Origin: Octopus vulgaris
Lineage: Eukaryota
Length of the DNA stretch: 62,000 bases
Direction of reading: 5' to 3'
NCBI GenBank assembly: GCA_951406725.2
Contig: OX597821.1
Coordinates: forward strand, 102,320,001 to 102,382,000
In this document: positions 12,700-26,711 of the stretch, piece after piece
Layout: each line of letters begins with the position of its first letter
Position numbering within the stretch: the stretch's first letter is position 1
Position numbers and translations under genes: made by a program
Notes under the pieces: generated by a model
The model's database searches: none
Told to the model about the DNA's origin: nothing
What the model saw: the letters and a program-made list of their open reading frames with translations, nothing else

Positions 12700-14090
12700 C
12701 ATACATACGTACGTGGTAAGTAGTTTGCTTCCCACCCCGATGATTCCGAGTTCAGTCCCCACTGCAAGGCACTTTGGGCAAGTGTCTTCCCCTATAGCAT
12801 TGAGTGAATTTGGAAGATGGAAGCTGAAAGAAGCCTGTGTGTGGACCTGTCTTTGTCTTCCACCACCACTTGACAACCAGTGTTGGTGTTTAAATTCTTC
12901 TAACTTAGCGGTTCGGCAGAAGAGACTGATGGAATAAGTACCAGGTTAAAAAGATTTGTTCAGCTAAAATTCTTCAGGGCAGTGCCCTAGCATGGCCACA
13001 GTCTTATGACTGAAACAAGTAAAAAGGTACACATACATACACACACGACAGGCACTTGCTTAAAGTGCCACACGGTGGAACTGAACCTAAGACCATATAA
13101 TTGGGAAGCAAATTTCTCAAGCACAGGGCCATGCCTGAGCCTTTATGGCATTGGATAATAATGCCCTGTGGGCAGAGGATGGGGTGGGTGAAGAACAATG
13201 GGACTGTCATGACCAGATGTCTTTCATAAAACGTTTGTTTAAATTGAGCTGACAAGAAATTAAACAGCTCCATCAACATTAAAGAAGTGGTTTGCTTATG
13301 AATAGAAAGCTAAAACCTGTTTATGCATCTATCTTGCTGAATGTTAATTTATAGTCATACAAAACTATAAAACAAAAACAAAAACAGAGCCTCTATGTGG
13401 TCACATGGCTTACTCTTTCACTTGTTTCAGTCATTTGACTGCGGCCATGCTGCAGCACCGCCTTTAGTGGAAGCAAATCGAACCCAGAACTTATTCTTTG
13501 GAAGTCTAGTACTTAGTCTATCAGTCTCTTTTGCCGAACCGCTAAGTTACGGGGACGTAGACACACCACCATCGGTTGTCAAGCGATATTGGGGGACAAA
13601 CAAAAACACACAAACATACATATATATATATAAATATACGACGGGTTTACTCTCTTTTACTTGTTTCAGTCATCTGACTGCGGCCATGCTGGAGCACCAC
13701 CTTTTAGTACTTATTCTATCGGTCTCTTTTTGCCGAACCGCTAAGTGACGGGGACGTAAACACACCAGCATCGGTTGTCAAGCAATGCTAGGGGGACAAA
13801 CACACACACATATACATACATATATACGACAGGCTTCTTTCAGTTTCCGTCTACCAAATCCACTCACAAGGCATTGGTCGGCCCGGGGCTATAGCAGAAG
13901 ACACTTACCCAAGATGCCACGCAGTGGGACTGAACCCGCAACCGTGTGGTTGGTTAGCAAGCTACTTACCACACAGCCACTCCTGGGGTTTCTTTTCAGT
14001 TTCCATCTACCAAATCTACTCACAAGGCATTGGTCGGTCCGAGGCTTTAGTAGATGACACTTGCCCAAGGAGCCACACAGTGGGAGCACC
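12101..14090. mobile_element. Cluster of about 6 family-A SINE copies and fragments in both orientations
   Basis: 12101-12490 (-), about 12712-13020 (+), about 13030-13140 (-), 13408-14090 (-, stacked partial copies). Confidence 0.85.
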
Positions 14091-14259
14091 AAATCTCATT
14101 TCACATTATAACACATTGAGAAAGATTAGATCTATAAAAATAAATGCCAAAACGATTGTGTGTGTCAGTGTGTCACACTTTGACCCCCTTTCACTATTCA
14201 ATGACACTTCAACTATTTGTGCCTCCTGCTGGGGTGAGAGTAATAGTAGACATAGAAAC

Positions 14260-14500
14260 GGGGAGGGCGGCAGTAGATTGACAGTTGTGATGGTAATGGG
14301 GTGATAGTAATAGTATGAGCTGTAGTTGTGATAGAGGCAGAGGCGATGGTGGTGGAGGCATTAATGGTGGCGGCATCAGAAGTCTGAATGGTGTGCATAT
14401 GACAGTTGTGGTGGTACTGGTGATGGTTGAAAACAATCAACAGAAAGAGAGAGAGACGGAGAGAAAGAAAGCAGTCAGACAGAAAGAAAAAAAAAATTGT
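14260..14500. repeat. Low-complexity (GGT/GAT/AGT)n and (GA)n tract
   Basis: Degenerate trinucleotide repeats that explain the overlapping ORFs in the track. Confidence 0.75.
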
Positions 14501-16339
14501 ACTGACCCACAGAATAGGAAGATAAAAAATGTTATGCAGCTTTGCAATAAGTTGACAAATTATATCCTTGTTTTGATGAAAATTGTTCATTGCTTGAAAA
14601 ATACTGGTCAAGTTTAATAAAATTTAATATGTACTCAAAGCACGAAGTGTCATCGTTGGGCCCAAGGCCCAATGAAGAGCCCTCCACAGGAGCTAGCTTA
14701 AAAGCCGCTTGACAGGGGAGTTTTTAAGCTAGTATATTGCTATATACCAGTAAAGAGATAGTATGGTCTGGATTATATAAAGGCTGACTTGGGATTAACC
14801 ACCTGTGGCTCCCAGGGCCTCCTGCAGCCCTTGATGGTCTTTCCTCTATAAATATTATTTTTTGAGTCGATAAGGTGTGATTTAGTTGCTGTTTCTAGCA
14901 TATTGGACACCCAAATAAATCAGAGGTGAGGAAGCCCTTGCACACGTTCAAATTAGAAGTTGCTCAAACCAGTTCATTTCTTTCACATACTAACAAATTT
15001 CTGAAATTTAAGATGCATCATTTTTTTTTCAGGACAGATGTCAATCATCATCATCATCGTTTAACGTCTGCTTTCCATGTTAGCATGGGTTGGACGGTTT
15101 GACTGAGGGCTGGCGAACCAGATGGCTACATCAGGCTCCAGTCTTGATCTGGCAGAATTTCTACAGCTGGCTGCCCTTCCTAACGCCAACCACTCCGAGA
15201 GTGATGTAACCTCACAAATGTTTATATACTTGTACTTCTCAATCTTGATACAAAAGAGGTTTTCTATTTGTTGTAGTAGTTCCCTTGTTGTTGAAGATGT
15301 AACTGCATGACTATCCATGCAATCATTCTTTACAGATCCTCATTACATGCATAGACTTACCTGTTAGTTCTTCATGCAGATGGTGACACTGAATTAAAAA
15401 ATTTATTCTGAGTGAACTTATCCCATATCAATAAGTGTATAATCTTGTGCATATACATTGATGAAAGACACTACTTCAGGAAGTATGGCAAAAGCTATGC
15501 TTAACTGATGAGGTTAGAATTAAACCAAAACCTATTTGGTGTTGTCTCTCATATTCAATAGAAAATGACAAAGAAGACCATTTTACTTCACACTCCTTAA
15601 CACAATAAGCTGAAAATTAGGTTGACTAGTTCTTGTTTGGCTTTCACTGAAGTCATTGGCATTGTATAGTGTTTGTTTTTAGCCACTTTTCTATGCTTGA
15701 ATGAGTAAGATGAAATGTGCTGAGACAGATTTTCTACAGCTGGATGCCCTTCCTGTCGCCAACTCTCACCCATTTCCAAGAAAGCACCCCCCCCCCACCA
15801 TGGCTGGACATGTTTTTCATGGAAGTTTGGAAATGAAGGACACAGCTTGTATGACAGTGGTTATTGCTTACAATAATCACATGATGTCAAAACAAGAATC
15901 CACCAACTCAGCATGCACATATACACTTCTTTTAGTTTCTCTTACTAAATCCACTCACAAGGTTTTGGTCAGCCTGGGGCTATAGTAGATGACAATGGGG
16001 CAAGGTGTATGAGCCTGTGCTGATTTTCACTGCCACCAGAGAGAAATTTGAAATTGCTAACTGATCTGCAGTCTAACGATTTTAACCTGCAGTCCACGAG
16101 AAAAATAAAACAAACATGGATGGTAACAGAATCAGCACAACACTACCATCAATTCATTTTTGTGAATATAGAAATGTATTTTTTTTTTTTTTTTATTATC
16201 AAAGATTAGTGGTCTGAATGGTTATATTAGTTAAACCTAATCCACTAACATTTCAGCAAGTAGACCTGATCTGGATTTATTATGACTATATAAGCGAAGC
16301 ATAGCCTTCACCAATTAAACAAGATATAAGAGCTGTTAA

Positions 16340-16763
16340 CCCTTTAACATTTAAGCTGGTCAGAGCTGGCCTCTCACGCCTACCCCACAATGTCATTTTA
16401 AAAATAAACAATCACATCATGGTGGACCCCCATAGCCACTCCATGTTTAAAACCTAATTTTATAGAAACTTCTTCGCTAGTGTAGGTTTGCAATAGCATT
16501 CTCTGAGAGAACACGTTTCAGTGGCTGGAACCATGCTGAACTATGTTAGACATTAGAGGAAGAAACCTAGCTGTTTCATGCTATAAATACATCTAAGGCA
16601 AAATTTATTCACGGACCCTTAAAATACTACCAAAGTGCCCATAACTTACTACTTTGCTTGCATGGACCCCAGAAAATCTTATATGGATCCTGGTTGAGAA
16701 GCACTGATTTAAAACTGAATTAAAAAGCATTATGTTTGACAGAGTAATCTAAATGCTAAAAGG
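16340..16763. mobile_element. piggyBac-like MITE with a nested partial hAT MITE (16421-16706)
   Basis: TTAA-CCCTTT...AAAAGG-TTAA; ends match 49335-49915; the insert matches the 56099 family and lacks its left end. Confidence 0.65.
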
Positions 16764-17291
16764 TTAAGGGACTATTGCTTTAAGAAAATCTATACTGCTG
16801 TAAAAAAGTATTTAAGAATATGTATTTGCAAAATTAATTAAAACAACTTTGCATTAAAAAGTGGGGGAGGGAAAAAAAGCAAAATTATTAAAAAACAATA
16901 GGAAAAAATTTTTAAACGATGTTTGTCTTTAAGGCATCAAAGAATATATTATATAATATACCTGGAAAATATAAGTGGATCAAAAAGATACAAATTTTAG
17001 TGATTGTAATTCGCTTTGTGTTGTTTTTTTAAACATCTTGACTCAAAGTTGATGGTAGGATTATATGAGTCTTGTGATAGAAGTCTGAAGGACTAAGTGA
17101 GAATGTGTCTGTGGGTGTATATATATATATATATATATATCAATATATATATATACACATATTTATATCCAAAGTAAATAAAAATTATATATGGAACTGT
17201 CTTGCTACCAAAAAAATAATTTCTTTTTATCATACTTTTTTTTTTTATTATTCTACATTAAAATATATTTTTAAAATATCTAAATTTAACT

Positions 17292-17297
17292 TTTATT
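17292..17297 (-). terminator. Candidate polyadenylation signal of TGIF
   Basis: AATAAA on the minus strand about 150 bp past the stop codon. The context is AT-rich, so this is weak. Confidence 0.3.
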
Positions 17298-17445
17298 TGA
17301 AAAAAAAAAATATCAATATTGAAAATATATTTTCTTCTTGGTTCTCAATTTAAGAAATATATTTTGTATTCAGCATTTGAAGAGAAATATACCAACCATA
17401 ACCCTAAGCAGATATTTAAAAAAATAAATACATTATGAATATATC

Positions 17446-18215
17446 TTATATCATATTAAATTCTAGAACACGGAAATGGCTCTCTGTATTACCATATCGG
17501 TTACGTAACAACTGGTCCGTGGGTTGGTTGGGATCAATTTGTAAAACATTGTGATTGTGGTTGCTGTTGTTGTAGATAAGGTTGCACGGGTAATCAGCAG
17601 TAGTTGGTTCGTACTGACGAGAATGAAAATGAAGCGGATAACGATGATAGAGGTTTGATTGATAGTCCTGGAACGATTCTGATGTTCTGTCGTGATAATC
17701 ATTACCAACTTGGCAATCCGGTGTGGTGCTGTTGAAGGAATAAGGGGGTGGCAGAGGTAAATATGGCGGCTGAGCCAGATGCGATCGACTAGTGGGAGTC
17801 AGTGAAGACGGTGGGGTTGGTGTCTGGCGGCAAGATGAAGTCGAAGCATTGGAAGGAGGTGCAGGGCTGTCGGCACGAGTCGCTGGAAGGCCACTGGAAG
17901 CTGATGCCGGAGATGATGGTGCTGGTGAAGATGGGCTTTGATCAGAGGAGTAAGATGCCAGACGTCTTCGTGTGATTCGGTAATCTCGTGGTTCTTTGCC
18001 TTCACTTGATATAAGAGCTGGTAGAATACGACGCCTAGCATTGATATACCAGTTATTGACCTGCTGGATTGTCAGACCAGTGTCTTTGGCCATCTTTCGC
18101 TTTGTTTCTTCACAAGGGTAGGCACGAAATCTGTTCTGATACAGCCATTTCATAAGATAATCAACAGCCTCCTTCGGTAGATTTCCACGAGTTCGCTTTC
18201 GTTTTGAGCAGTTAT
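17446..18215 (-). CDS. TGIF: TGIF-family TALE homeobox protein, homeobox-containing terminal coding exon
   Basis: The frame extends upstream of the track ATG to an acceptor (CCCCTCTCTTTGTAG, AG at 18217-18216), phase 1. It reads xNCSKRKRTRGNLPKEAVDYLMKWLYQNRFRAYPCEETKRKMAKDTGLTIQQVNNWYINARRRILPALISSEGKEPRDYRITRR. This has the TALE AYP loop, I50/N51, the RGNLPKE start and the TGIF-type post-homeodomain block. A Ser/Pro-rich tail follows, with the stop at 17446-17448. Confidence 0.93.
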
Positions 18216-18498
18216 CTACAAAGAGAGGGGAGAAAGGATTAATAATACATCTGTATTAAAAAAAAGAAGAAACAATCAGTGAATTTACATTTAGGTTTGG
18301 TAAAATAACCAAGAAGGGTCTTTTCTGTTTGGCGGCTCCTGTGGAAATCACTTGTTTTAAAAATTGAAGAAATTGAAAAGTTGAAGCCAAACAGACATGA
18401 TCCAACATGATAGATAGAACTCACAACAGGAATATATTAAGCTTAATTATTTTTAAGCAACAGAAGTTGCAAACTGACTCCAGCATTGATATATATAT

Positions 18499-18872
18499 CT
18501 TTTACTCTTTTACTTGTTTCAGTCATTTGACTGCGGCCATGCTGGAGCACCACTTTTAGTGGAATCAAATCAGCCCCAGGACTTATTCTTTGTAAGTCTA
18601 GTACTTATTCTATTGGTCTGTTTCGCTGAACCGCTAAGTTACAGAGACCTAAACACACCAGCAACGGTTGTCAAGTGATGTTGGGGGACAAACACAGGCA
18701 CACAAACATATACAGGACGGGCTTCCTTCAGTTTTCTGTCTATCAAATCCACTCACAAGGTTTTGGTCAGCCCGAGGCTATAGTAGAAGACACTTGCCCC
18801 ATGTGCCACGCAGTGGGACTGAACCCGGAACCATTTGGTTGGTATGCAAGCAACTTACTACACAGCCACTCC
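18499..18872 (-). mobile_element. SINE family A (intronic)
   Basis: Reverse-complement match to 37399-37808. Confidence 0.9.
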
Positions 18873-20132
18873 GGAATAAGTATTCCAGGTAATCAGGACA
18901 TTTACTAGTGCAATGTAAACAGTACCATTTATAATATTATGCTCGAGAAGATTCAGCGTGACGCAGAGTGCAACAAGGCTGGCCTTTTGAAATACAAGTG
19001 CTACAGAAACAGGGAGAAAGAGTTAGAGAAAGTTGTGGTGGAAGAATACAGCAGGGTTTCCCACCACACCCTGCTGGAGCCATGTGGAGCTTTAGGTGTT
19101 TTCACTCAATAAACACTCACAACATCCGGTCTGGGAATCGAAACCGTAATCCTATGACTGCAAATCCACTGGGCCATTGTGCCTATATATATATATTATG
19201 CACACACACACATTCAGTGAGAGGAGAGAGGGGCAGTTGGAGGAGAAAAAGTAAGCATGTGAGAGAGATGGTCACAAAGTTTTATATAGTTACTTAACAA
19301 TGCAGATGAAAAACAAGATACTTAAAATAAGCAAATAAATTAAGAAAAGGGTCTAAACTGGGTAGAGTAGTCCCCACAAGAAAAAAATTAATAGTTAGAA
19401 GTAGCAGCTAAAACTCATCAAAATCACATTCTCCCTTCAAAAGGATACTTTGTGGAACACATAAACACCAAACTTTGGAGTTGCATTTGTCTACTAAATG
19501 ACTGAAGTGGAAGAGCTATTCAATGACTTAAAAGGCTGTTAAATTCCCTTTAGAGATAAACTTAAATTGAATTTAACAGCATTATTTTAACCTTGCAGTA
19601 CAAGTAATTTGCTGTACGAATTTTTGTCTTGAAGTATGTGTGGAAATCTACAGTACAAGCACACATTGTCCCATCATCATCATCATCGTTTAGCATCCGT
19701 TTTCCATGCTAGCATGGGTTGGACTCATCTTTAAGGTAATTCAGTTAATAAAACCAGTTTACATATTTCTTTTGCATTCTCTTTTTCATAATTGTCTCTT
19801 TACTTGTAACTACACCTTTTCTGTTTTAAAACCCATAAAAAATTATTTTTGAGTGGTTTTTGTGGGGCTGGAACAGATTAATTATATTTTAGTTAATTTT
19901 AATAAGGAAAATTGATTTGTAAAACGTAAGTCGAACTCGGTCATGGCACAAATTAAACTTATACTGTGAGGTATCACTGTTTGTGTGTGTATGTATATAT
20001 ATATATATATATATATTTATCAAAATAAAAACATGATGCAAAGGATTTAGCGGTACATATACTCTATCACCTACACCACTAAATGTCATATACAGGTGCT
20101 TACAATTATCAAGTATTCACCCTGAAGTTTTC

Positions 20133-20171
<39 letters not shown>

Positions 20172-20667
20172 CCAAGTCAGCCCACAGCATTCCTTGACTG
20201 TGAGATGCATGAATTTGGTAGAGAGAGAGAGAGAGAGAGTTTGGGGGATAGTCTAAATAAGAATGATAAATTATCAATAAGAAAATTCAACTAAATAGGT
20301 CAACAAACAAATCTAGAGTAGCAATTAGTTCGACCAAATGGAAGTGAAGTGTTTCAAGACATGAAGACAATCGCTTCCAAATGATCCAATTGTTTTGAAT
20401 CAGATCAAAGAATCTAAAGAACGACACAACTCAGTACAATAAACACGAAGACTTGTAACTATGTAAGAAAGTGTAGCGTTACTACACTAGTATGTCCCTA
20501 TCCTCAAAATCATTTTGTTTTTTCATGAAGTTTTCTGCAAATACATTTCAGATGGTGTAAATCAGGTTCTCAAATGTGGTCTGTTTTATTGTGAAAATTT
20601 ATCTGCAATAAGCTGGTTACACTTCTACAATACACAAAATATTTTAGTGTTTTTTAAAAGACAATTC

Positions 20668-21008
20668 AGTACTTTTTGGTTATCTCACCCCCATTAAAAA
20701 ATTGGGCTATCTCCAAGTTTTATGAGAAATAGCAGTACTTTTGGTTATCTCACTCATCTTAAAAAATGGTGTAACCCCCAATAAAACAAAAAAAAAGAAC
20801 AAAAGTGAAAAGATGAAACATCTTACTAAATCTGATATTTTTATAACAAATCATTCCATGTCTTTTGAGGAGACCAAACGTCAACAATGTGTTGAAGTAC
20901 TGAATCAAAAGGATTCAACTCTTAATCCAATCTGTCGCCACATAAGCTCAATATTTTAATGGGGAGATAAGCCATTTTTGAATGGGGGTGAGATAAACAA
21001 AAAGTATC
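20668..21008. mobile_element. Merlin-like MITE family 1, copy 1
   Basis: Terminal inverted repeat (TIR) (A/G)GTACTTTTTGGTTATCTCACCCC; perfect 8-bp TSD GACAATTC. Confidence 0.8.
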
Positions 21009-22957
21009 GACAATTCTTAATAATATTTAATTATAAAATTTTTTCAAACATCGAATTGCTATGAGGGTCAAACCGAGTAAAATAGGAATCGAAGGGGTCC
21101 ATAGGTAAAAAACTGTTGAGAAACACTGATGTAAATTAACGATTATATCAGAGTTTTGGACAATTCACATGTGTCATTTTGATGATACATTGAACAATTG
21201 TAGAAAAAAAAAACCCATTTTTTTTTAACATTATAATCTACACAAACTGAAATGTATCAGTAGAAAAATTCCATCAAAAAATTATAAATTTTTCCGAAAA
21301 CAAAGACGCAGGTGGCGAAGTAGGTATCTGTAGTTTATACCGAAAGTATAATTTATTAGAGTATTGTTTAGCCCCAGGTAAGCACTGATCAAGCAAACAC
21401 GTATGATAAAAAATGTCCAAACCCTACTCATCGTCTTTTCTATAAGACATAATCCATACATAATCTGAATAATTTTTTTGTATTTTATTAAGCTGGTAAG
21501 GTGTAATCTGAAGAATTTTTAGCTGTTATTTTCAGCAGGTTGAGTGACCACGTAGAGAAGTGTTTGTCATTCGGCTGTCAAAGACCAGTTCAAACCGAGC
21601 ACCTAAGTGACTAAAAGCATTCCAGCTGCGACCATCCCATCTTTATAAAGCGTTACATTTAAGCCGTTAACAGGAATTTAAAATTAAATTTCACTCTGCT
21701 CCCAGTACAGAGTGCCCGGCCACAGCAATAAATACTCCGTCAATATTCTTAAATTTTGTTTTTAACACAAGGCCTGTAATTTGCAGGATGATGGGGCAAG
21801 TCGATTACATATTGGTATTTTGTTTGAGAGAAAGTTGGCCAAGACAGGATTTGACCTCAGAACGTGAAGTAATAATGATGATAAAAACAAAAAGGGCCAG
21901 AACAAATACCACAATGTATTTTTCCGACGCTCTAACGGTTCAGCCAATTCGCCGTCCTAAATTTGTTTTAAAATAATTTCAATTTAGCATTTATGTAATG
22001 TCTACCCTCTTTATTATACAGTAACGTGATTTGAGAAAGATTTGACTATTATTTCTAGCAGACCAAAACGACAACGAAAGGATTCCCCTCCGTGGCTAAG
22101 GTTTATTTGACATGTAAATGTTTTACTTAAACAGACGTGGTTTATATCATAAAAAACAAAAACAACACTGAAGAGATCAACGGCAAAAGAAACCGTATTA
22201 AATGTTATTACATATAAATGTACACAAATTTACTAAATACACTAACAGGCACTAACTAACCATATACATCTTTCTAAAAAGGATGGGCCAGGAAATGACC
22301 GGCATTCGTTCAAATCTGTTGCTATGAATTGTGGTTGCGTGGTCGTAGAGAAAGATGAGAGTTAATTTCCGCTTGTGTCATATGCTTTGATAGAAATAGT
22401 ACCTGCCATGACATGACAACGCAAACACCTCGACCACAACAGCAGCATCACAAACACCATAACCCCAAGGAACGTCATACATAATAACAATATGTTATAC
22501 TGTCGTATGTCCAAATGCGTATCTCCAGCTGCTTCAGATGACAAGATATAAAAATTGTCGAAGTGAAGTACAACGGTTTTGCTATGGAATGGTCAAACTA
22601 TTTTTTCGTTTTCTGAAAAAGCAACGTTTTGGACTTACGACACTTTTGCATTATAGCAACGATATAAACACACACACACACAAAAACATTGTGTTGTTGC
22701 TTTCATGTGAAGTTATATACAAAAACTATTTAACATTAAACTCAATAGTTTTTTTTTTTTTAGCATAATACATATTTACTAATTTTTACAAGTTTCGACT
22801 GACCAGCTACCATCATGTGTGTGTGCCATGATGGCTGGTAAACCTAAAACTTCGTAGTCACAAACTTTCCCTTGGAAATAAATAAATAAATGCTATATAT
22901 TTTCCGATTATCCGATTGCACTCAACAAGGTATGGGTCGACCCGAGGTTATTGAAAC

Positions 22958-22993
<36 letters not shown>

Positions 22994-24386
22994 CAAGATT
23001 AAAGTTCTCATTGGAACTATTTTCATCCCCATCCTAGTCTCCACTTATTTATGAGAAGACAAGGTGGAGTTTGCATCCCTAAAATTTTAAAACCAAGCTT
23101 CATATTATAAGCTAGCAATTTGCCTGCCCTCGCATCTTTTCAATCCTCATGAAAAAACTGGATAACTCCCCTCCAATGAATTATGATGAATGAATTATGA
23201 AATGAATTATGCCTCTGTTAATGCCAACAAGAACAAATTAAAGAGCGAAACATCATCATTGTTTTAGTACCCCTTTTCCATGTTCGCAAGGGCCGGACGG
23301 TATTCACTAAGATTTTATACGACTTGATGCCTTTCCCGTTACCAACCCAAGGCAATATTTTCCTATGAAGACACGTTTCCAAGAAAGACAACTGTCTGCA
23401 TATGACGCATTGTGAAGTGAAGAAAACAGTAACACAGACACAGGCGACAGGTTTCTTTCAGTTTGTCTACCAAATCCACTCACGAAAATTAGGTCAGCTC
23501 GAGACAGTGTCTTAAAAAGAGTTCCACTAACATCATGAAAGCAAGTGTAGAAAGAAGATATAATAATGCTAAGGATAAACTGTTCGGAAAAAACATATAC
23601 TAAAGAAAGAAAGAAAAAAAAAAAAAACCCACGAGATTGTCATAGGTAGATTGTGTATGATCATCTTTAACCATAAGGTCATCTCGACCTGGAGAACAAG
23701 TGATTCAGAACGGTAAGGGAAAACCTTTTTGTTTTCAAGTGTCAACGCTCTGCCGATCGCATTACAGAAGCTAGAGATTAACCTATATAATCTAAATTAA
23801 AGCACATTTTTCGTCACACTATTATATTATTAAGTAAACGTTAGTAAAAACAAATAAGCTGCTTTTAATTTAATGACACTGAAAAAGAGAAAGGAATGAC
23901 AAATTTTTATATAGGATGAACCATACCTCAAGTAGTGGAGGTTGTGGTAGTAAGTATAGTAAATAAAGTGGGAACTGCGATGCACTGGTGCACCGCAAGG
24001 GGTATTTAAGTGCGCTGCGGGCTTTAAAATCTTACACTCTCATGCTTGAGTGTCGTGACAAAAAAGTTTTATTTAGAAGTATGAATAATAAAAACAACGT
24101 AAGAAGCAATTGTGGGCGAACTTTCAGAATAGCCATCCCACTTAAGTTGGAATTTCTGTTTTAGGGATTTTCTCAATTTTTTTGTACCTACATTTCAAAA
24201 GAATGGGGAAACGGGTGGGGGAAACCCCATCGTGTCTTCGCAACAGCAACCACCACTAAAATGATCATTTTTTTTTTTTTCGGACAGAAAAATGTTTTTA
24301 CAAACTGGCAAAAGTATGAAGGAATGAAAAGAAAAACGATAGGTGACCTTTGGTTTTAAGACAGCTGCCTTAAATAACAACATCAA

Positions 24387-24611
24387 CCCTTTTGTTACTG
24401 TGTTTATTTTGAGATATTCAATATTTCTTTCAATTATTTAAAATATAACAAAGAATTTAATTAAATAACTTAATTATCATTAAGCTAATGTTAGGGACAA
24501 AAATTGCAACTAAGGTTTGGTGGAAGATTTTAACTCAAAACTTATGAAAACAAGACATTTATTTGTACTACAGAACCAGAAGCGGTTTTAGCCAGGTTGG
24601 TAAGAAAAGGG
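24387..24611. mobile_element. piggyBac-like MITE
   Basis: TCAA-CCCTTTTGTTAC...GTAAGAAAAGGG-TTAA. Confidence 0.6.
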
Positions 24612-25091
24612 TTAAAACAGTTTTAATTTTAAACAACTCCATTATACCGCATCCACAGACACCTAAATGCATAGTAGCTTTTTGTGACTGCTAATATCAC
24701 GAGAAGGTACTATACATGTAGTACTTCAGAAATAACAGCTGAGGTACACCGTTCCAACGTACTTATACCCAGCAACGAATAACATCACCGAGAGGTAATT
24801 CAGTGACTTGTATGTCGAGGAATGATAGCCAACACTGTTACATGGGAGCGATGCAATAATCCTTGCACGAAAACTTTTACAGAAAGAACCGACGGGAAAT
24901 GGTGGCATTGTTCCTGTCGATTCACGTTTTATACTGTTTATCAGAATTCACCGCCGTGACTTTCGGTTAGGTTTTTAAAGAAATCCCTAACGGCATCCAC
25001 GGTTTATGTTCACAGGTTGTTTTAATTTAGACCAGTGGGCTCGAAGGTAAAGAATACGTACACCCCACCCGTTTTCGGCGTAACAAAAACC

Positions 25092-25308
25092 GGCATTCTT
25101 TCGATATAGCTCGACAAAATCAAAACACTTCATTTCGGGTATTTCCGTGGAAGCAAATGAGTTCGATTCCGTTTTCTGCTTGGAAATTCGCGAATTTTAC
25201 ATACATGAAACATTGCTGGCATAATTTCGTTATAGCTATACTCCACAACCCACGGAAATACCCGAAGTGAAATGTCTCGACCATGTCGACCTATATCGAA
25301 GGAATGCC
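25092..25308. mobile_element. GG-ended MITE family 2 (Merlin-like)
   Basis: TIR GGCATTCTTTCGATATAG plus inner inverted repeat TTCGGGTATTTCCGTGG; TSD CAAAAACC/CCAAAACC. Confidence 0.7.
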
Positions 25309-26668
25309 CCAAAACCCTAACCCCTAGTGTGCGTATTCTTTATTTTCGCCATTATATATATGTCAGGCAAAAACGAAATTCGTTGTTTACTTATGTCAGT
25401 TCACGTTTATGACAAGGCCGGCTAATAACAAACCTATTCAATCAATTTACTTTCAGTTTTATTTTGAAAACCACTAAACTGTTTTCTAACCTCTAACAGT
25501 AATTAACCCACGTGGTGACAATGTCGAAGCCGGTCGAATATCGCTCGAAATGTTTATGTGAAGACGCTAGCACATTCGTTATTAAAATATCCGTTTAACT
25601 GAGTTTCTGTTAGATGAGATTAATATATAACCATGCCTTTCCTACGCCACGAAAGGTCTATGAAATACAGTAAATATTAATTTCTAATCGAAACACAATG
25701 TCATATTTTGAGAGAGTATAATTAAGACAGACCGTAATTTCGATCTTTGTACATATAAAATAGCGAACGAAATAGTAAGCAAAATAATCTGTAATGGTAA
25801 ATACAGGAATTCCCTTTTTTTATTCTGTTCGAAGTATTTAATATAGTTTCTTTAACTTTTAAATATATGCAGAGCAATGCTCAGATAATTATTTGAAACC
25901 TCTTGTAAATTTATCTGCGAACAATTATCGATTCTAGAAGGGTGAAAAGCCAGGATGGCCACTCCGAAAGTAAAGATATTTAGTGGTACATTCTAAAGCA
26001 GATGAACTTTTCTGGCGGAATTTTAGAACAGCTAAAAGAGCGGTTTTCTTCTGTAATATCCTCATGTTTCATACGACAGAAATTGAAATTATGAGTCTGA
26101 CCCCCACTCCCAATCTATTTATTTTTTTTTATATACATTTCTTTCCAGCCTTTCCGCTGAGGTAAGGGACTACGAAGGCACAGCTGTTCCAAAACTCTGC
26201 CGATTCCCTTAAGACGAGAGTGAATTGTAAAAACCGTATTTTAACGTGTATGAGGAACCCTTTTTCTATCAAAATTAGGTTTCTAAATTTTAAGCCCTCC
26301 AAATTTGAGGGTTCCTTATACACGTTAAAATATGGTAATTAAGAATCTGCGAAAGTATACACGCCAATCAAAAATAACGAATCGTTTAAGTTCATAAGCA
26401 ATTTAAATGTCAGTATGAATGAGTTCAACCTCAAGTACTTCTCGTACTTAAAAAAAGAAGTAAATATGATATAATAAATTGTCGCACTGGTCTCAAGGTT
26501 TGAACCATTAAAAATTTTTTTTAGATTTTTCAGATATTCATCAATGAATTGTTTCAAATTTGAATGTTTAAAAGCAGGTAAAAATGTGATTTCCCCACCG
26601 ATGCTGTCAAGAAAATATTTAAAATAATAACTAAAATATTTTAAAAAGGGGGGGAAAAAAATACATAC

Positions 26669-26711
26669 ATAGCGATGCAAACTTAGAGACTTTTCTTCGG
26701 TTAAATTCCAT
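26669..26711 (-). CDS. Weak candidate alternative first exon of TGIF (MEFNRRKVSKFASL)
   Basis: ATG at 26711, 14 codons plus 1 nt, donor GTATGT at 26668, phase 1 compatible with the homeobox exon. Lies in a CpG-richer, UTR-like stretch (26700-27160). Confidence 0.3.

Noticed and set aside
14645-14775. Three consecutive short hairpins
   Set aside because: Resembles subterminal repeats of a decayed DNA transposon; no ends or RNA family identifiable.
22362-22544. MSSEAAGD... as a TGIF N-terminal exon
   Set aside because: The start is TTG, not ATG, and there is no good phase-1 donor.
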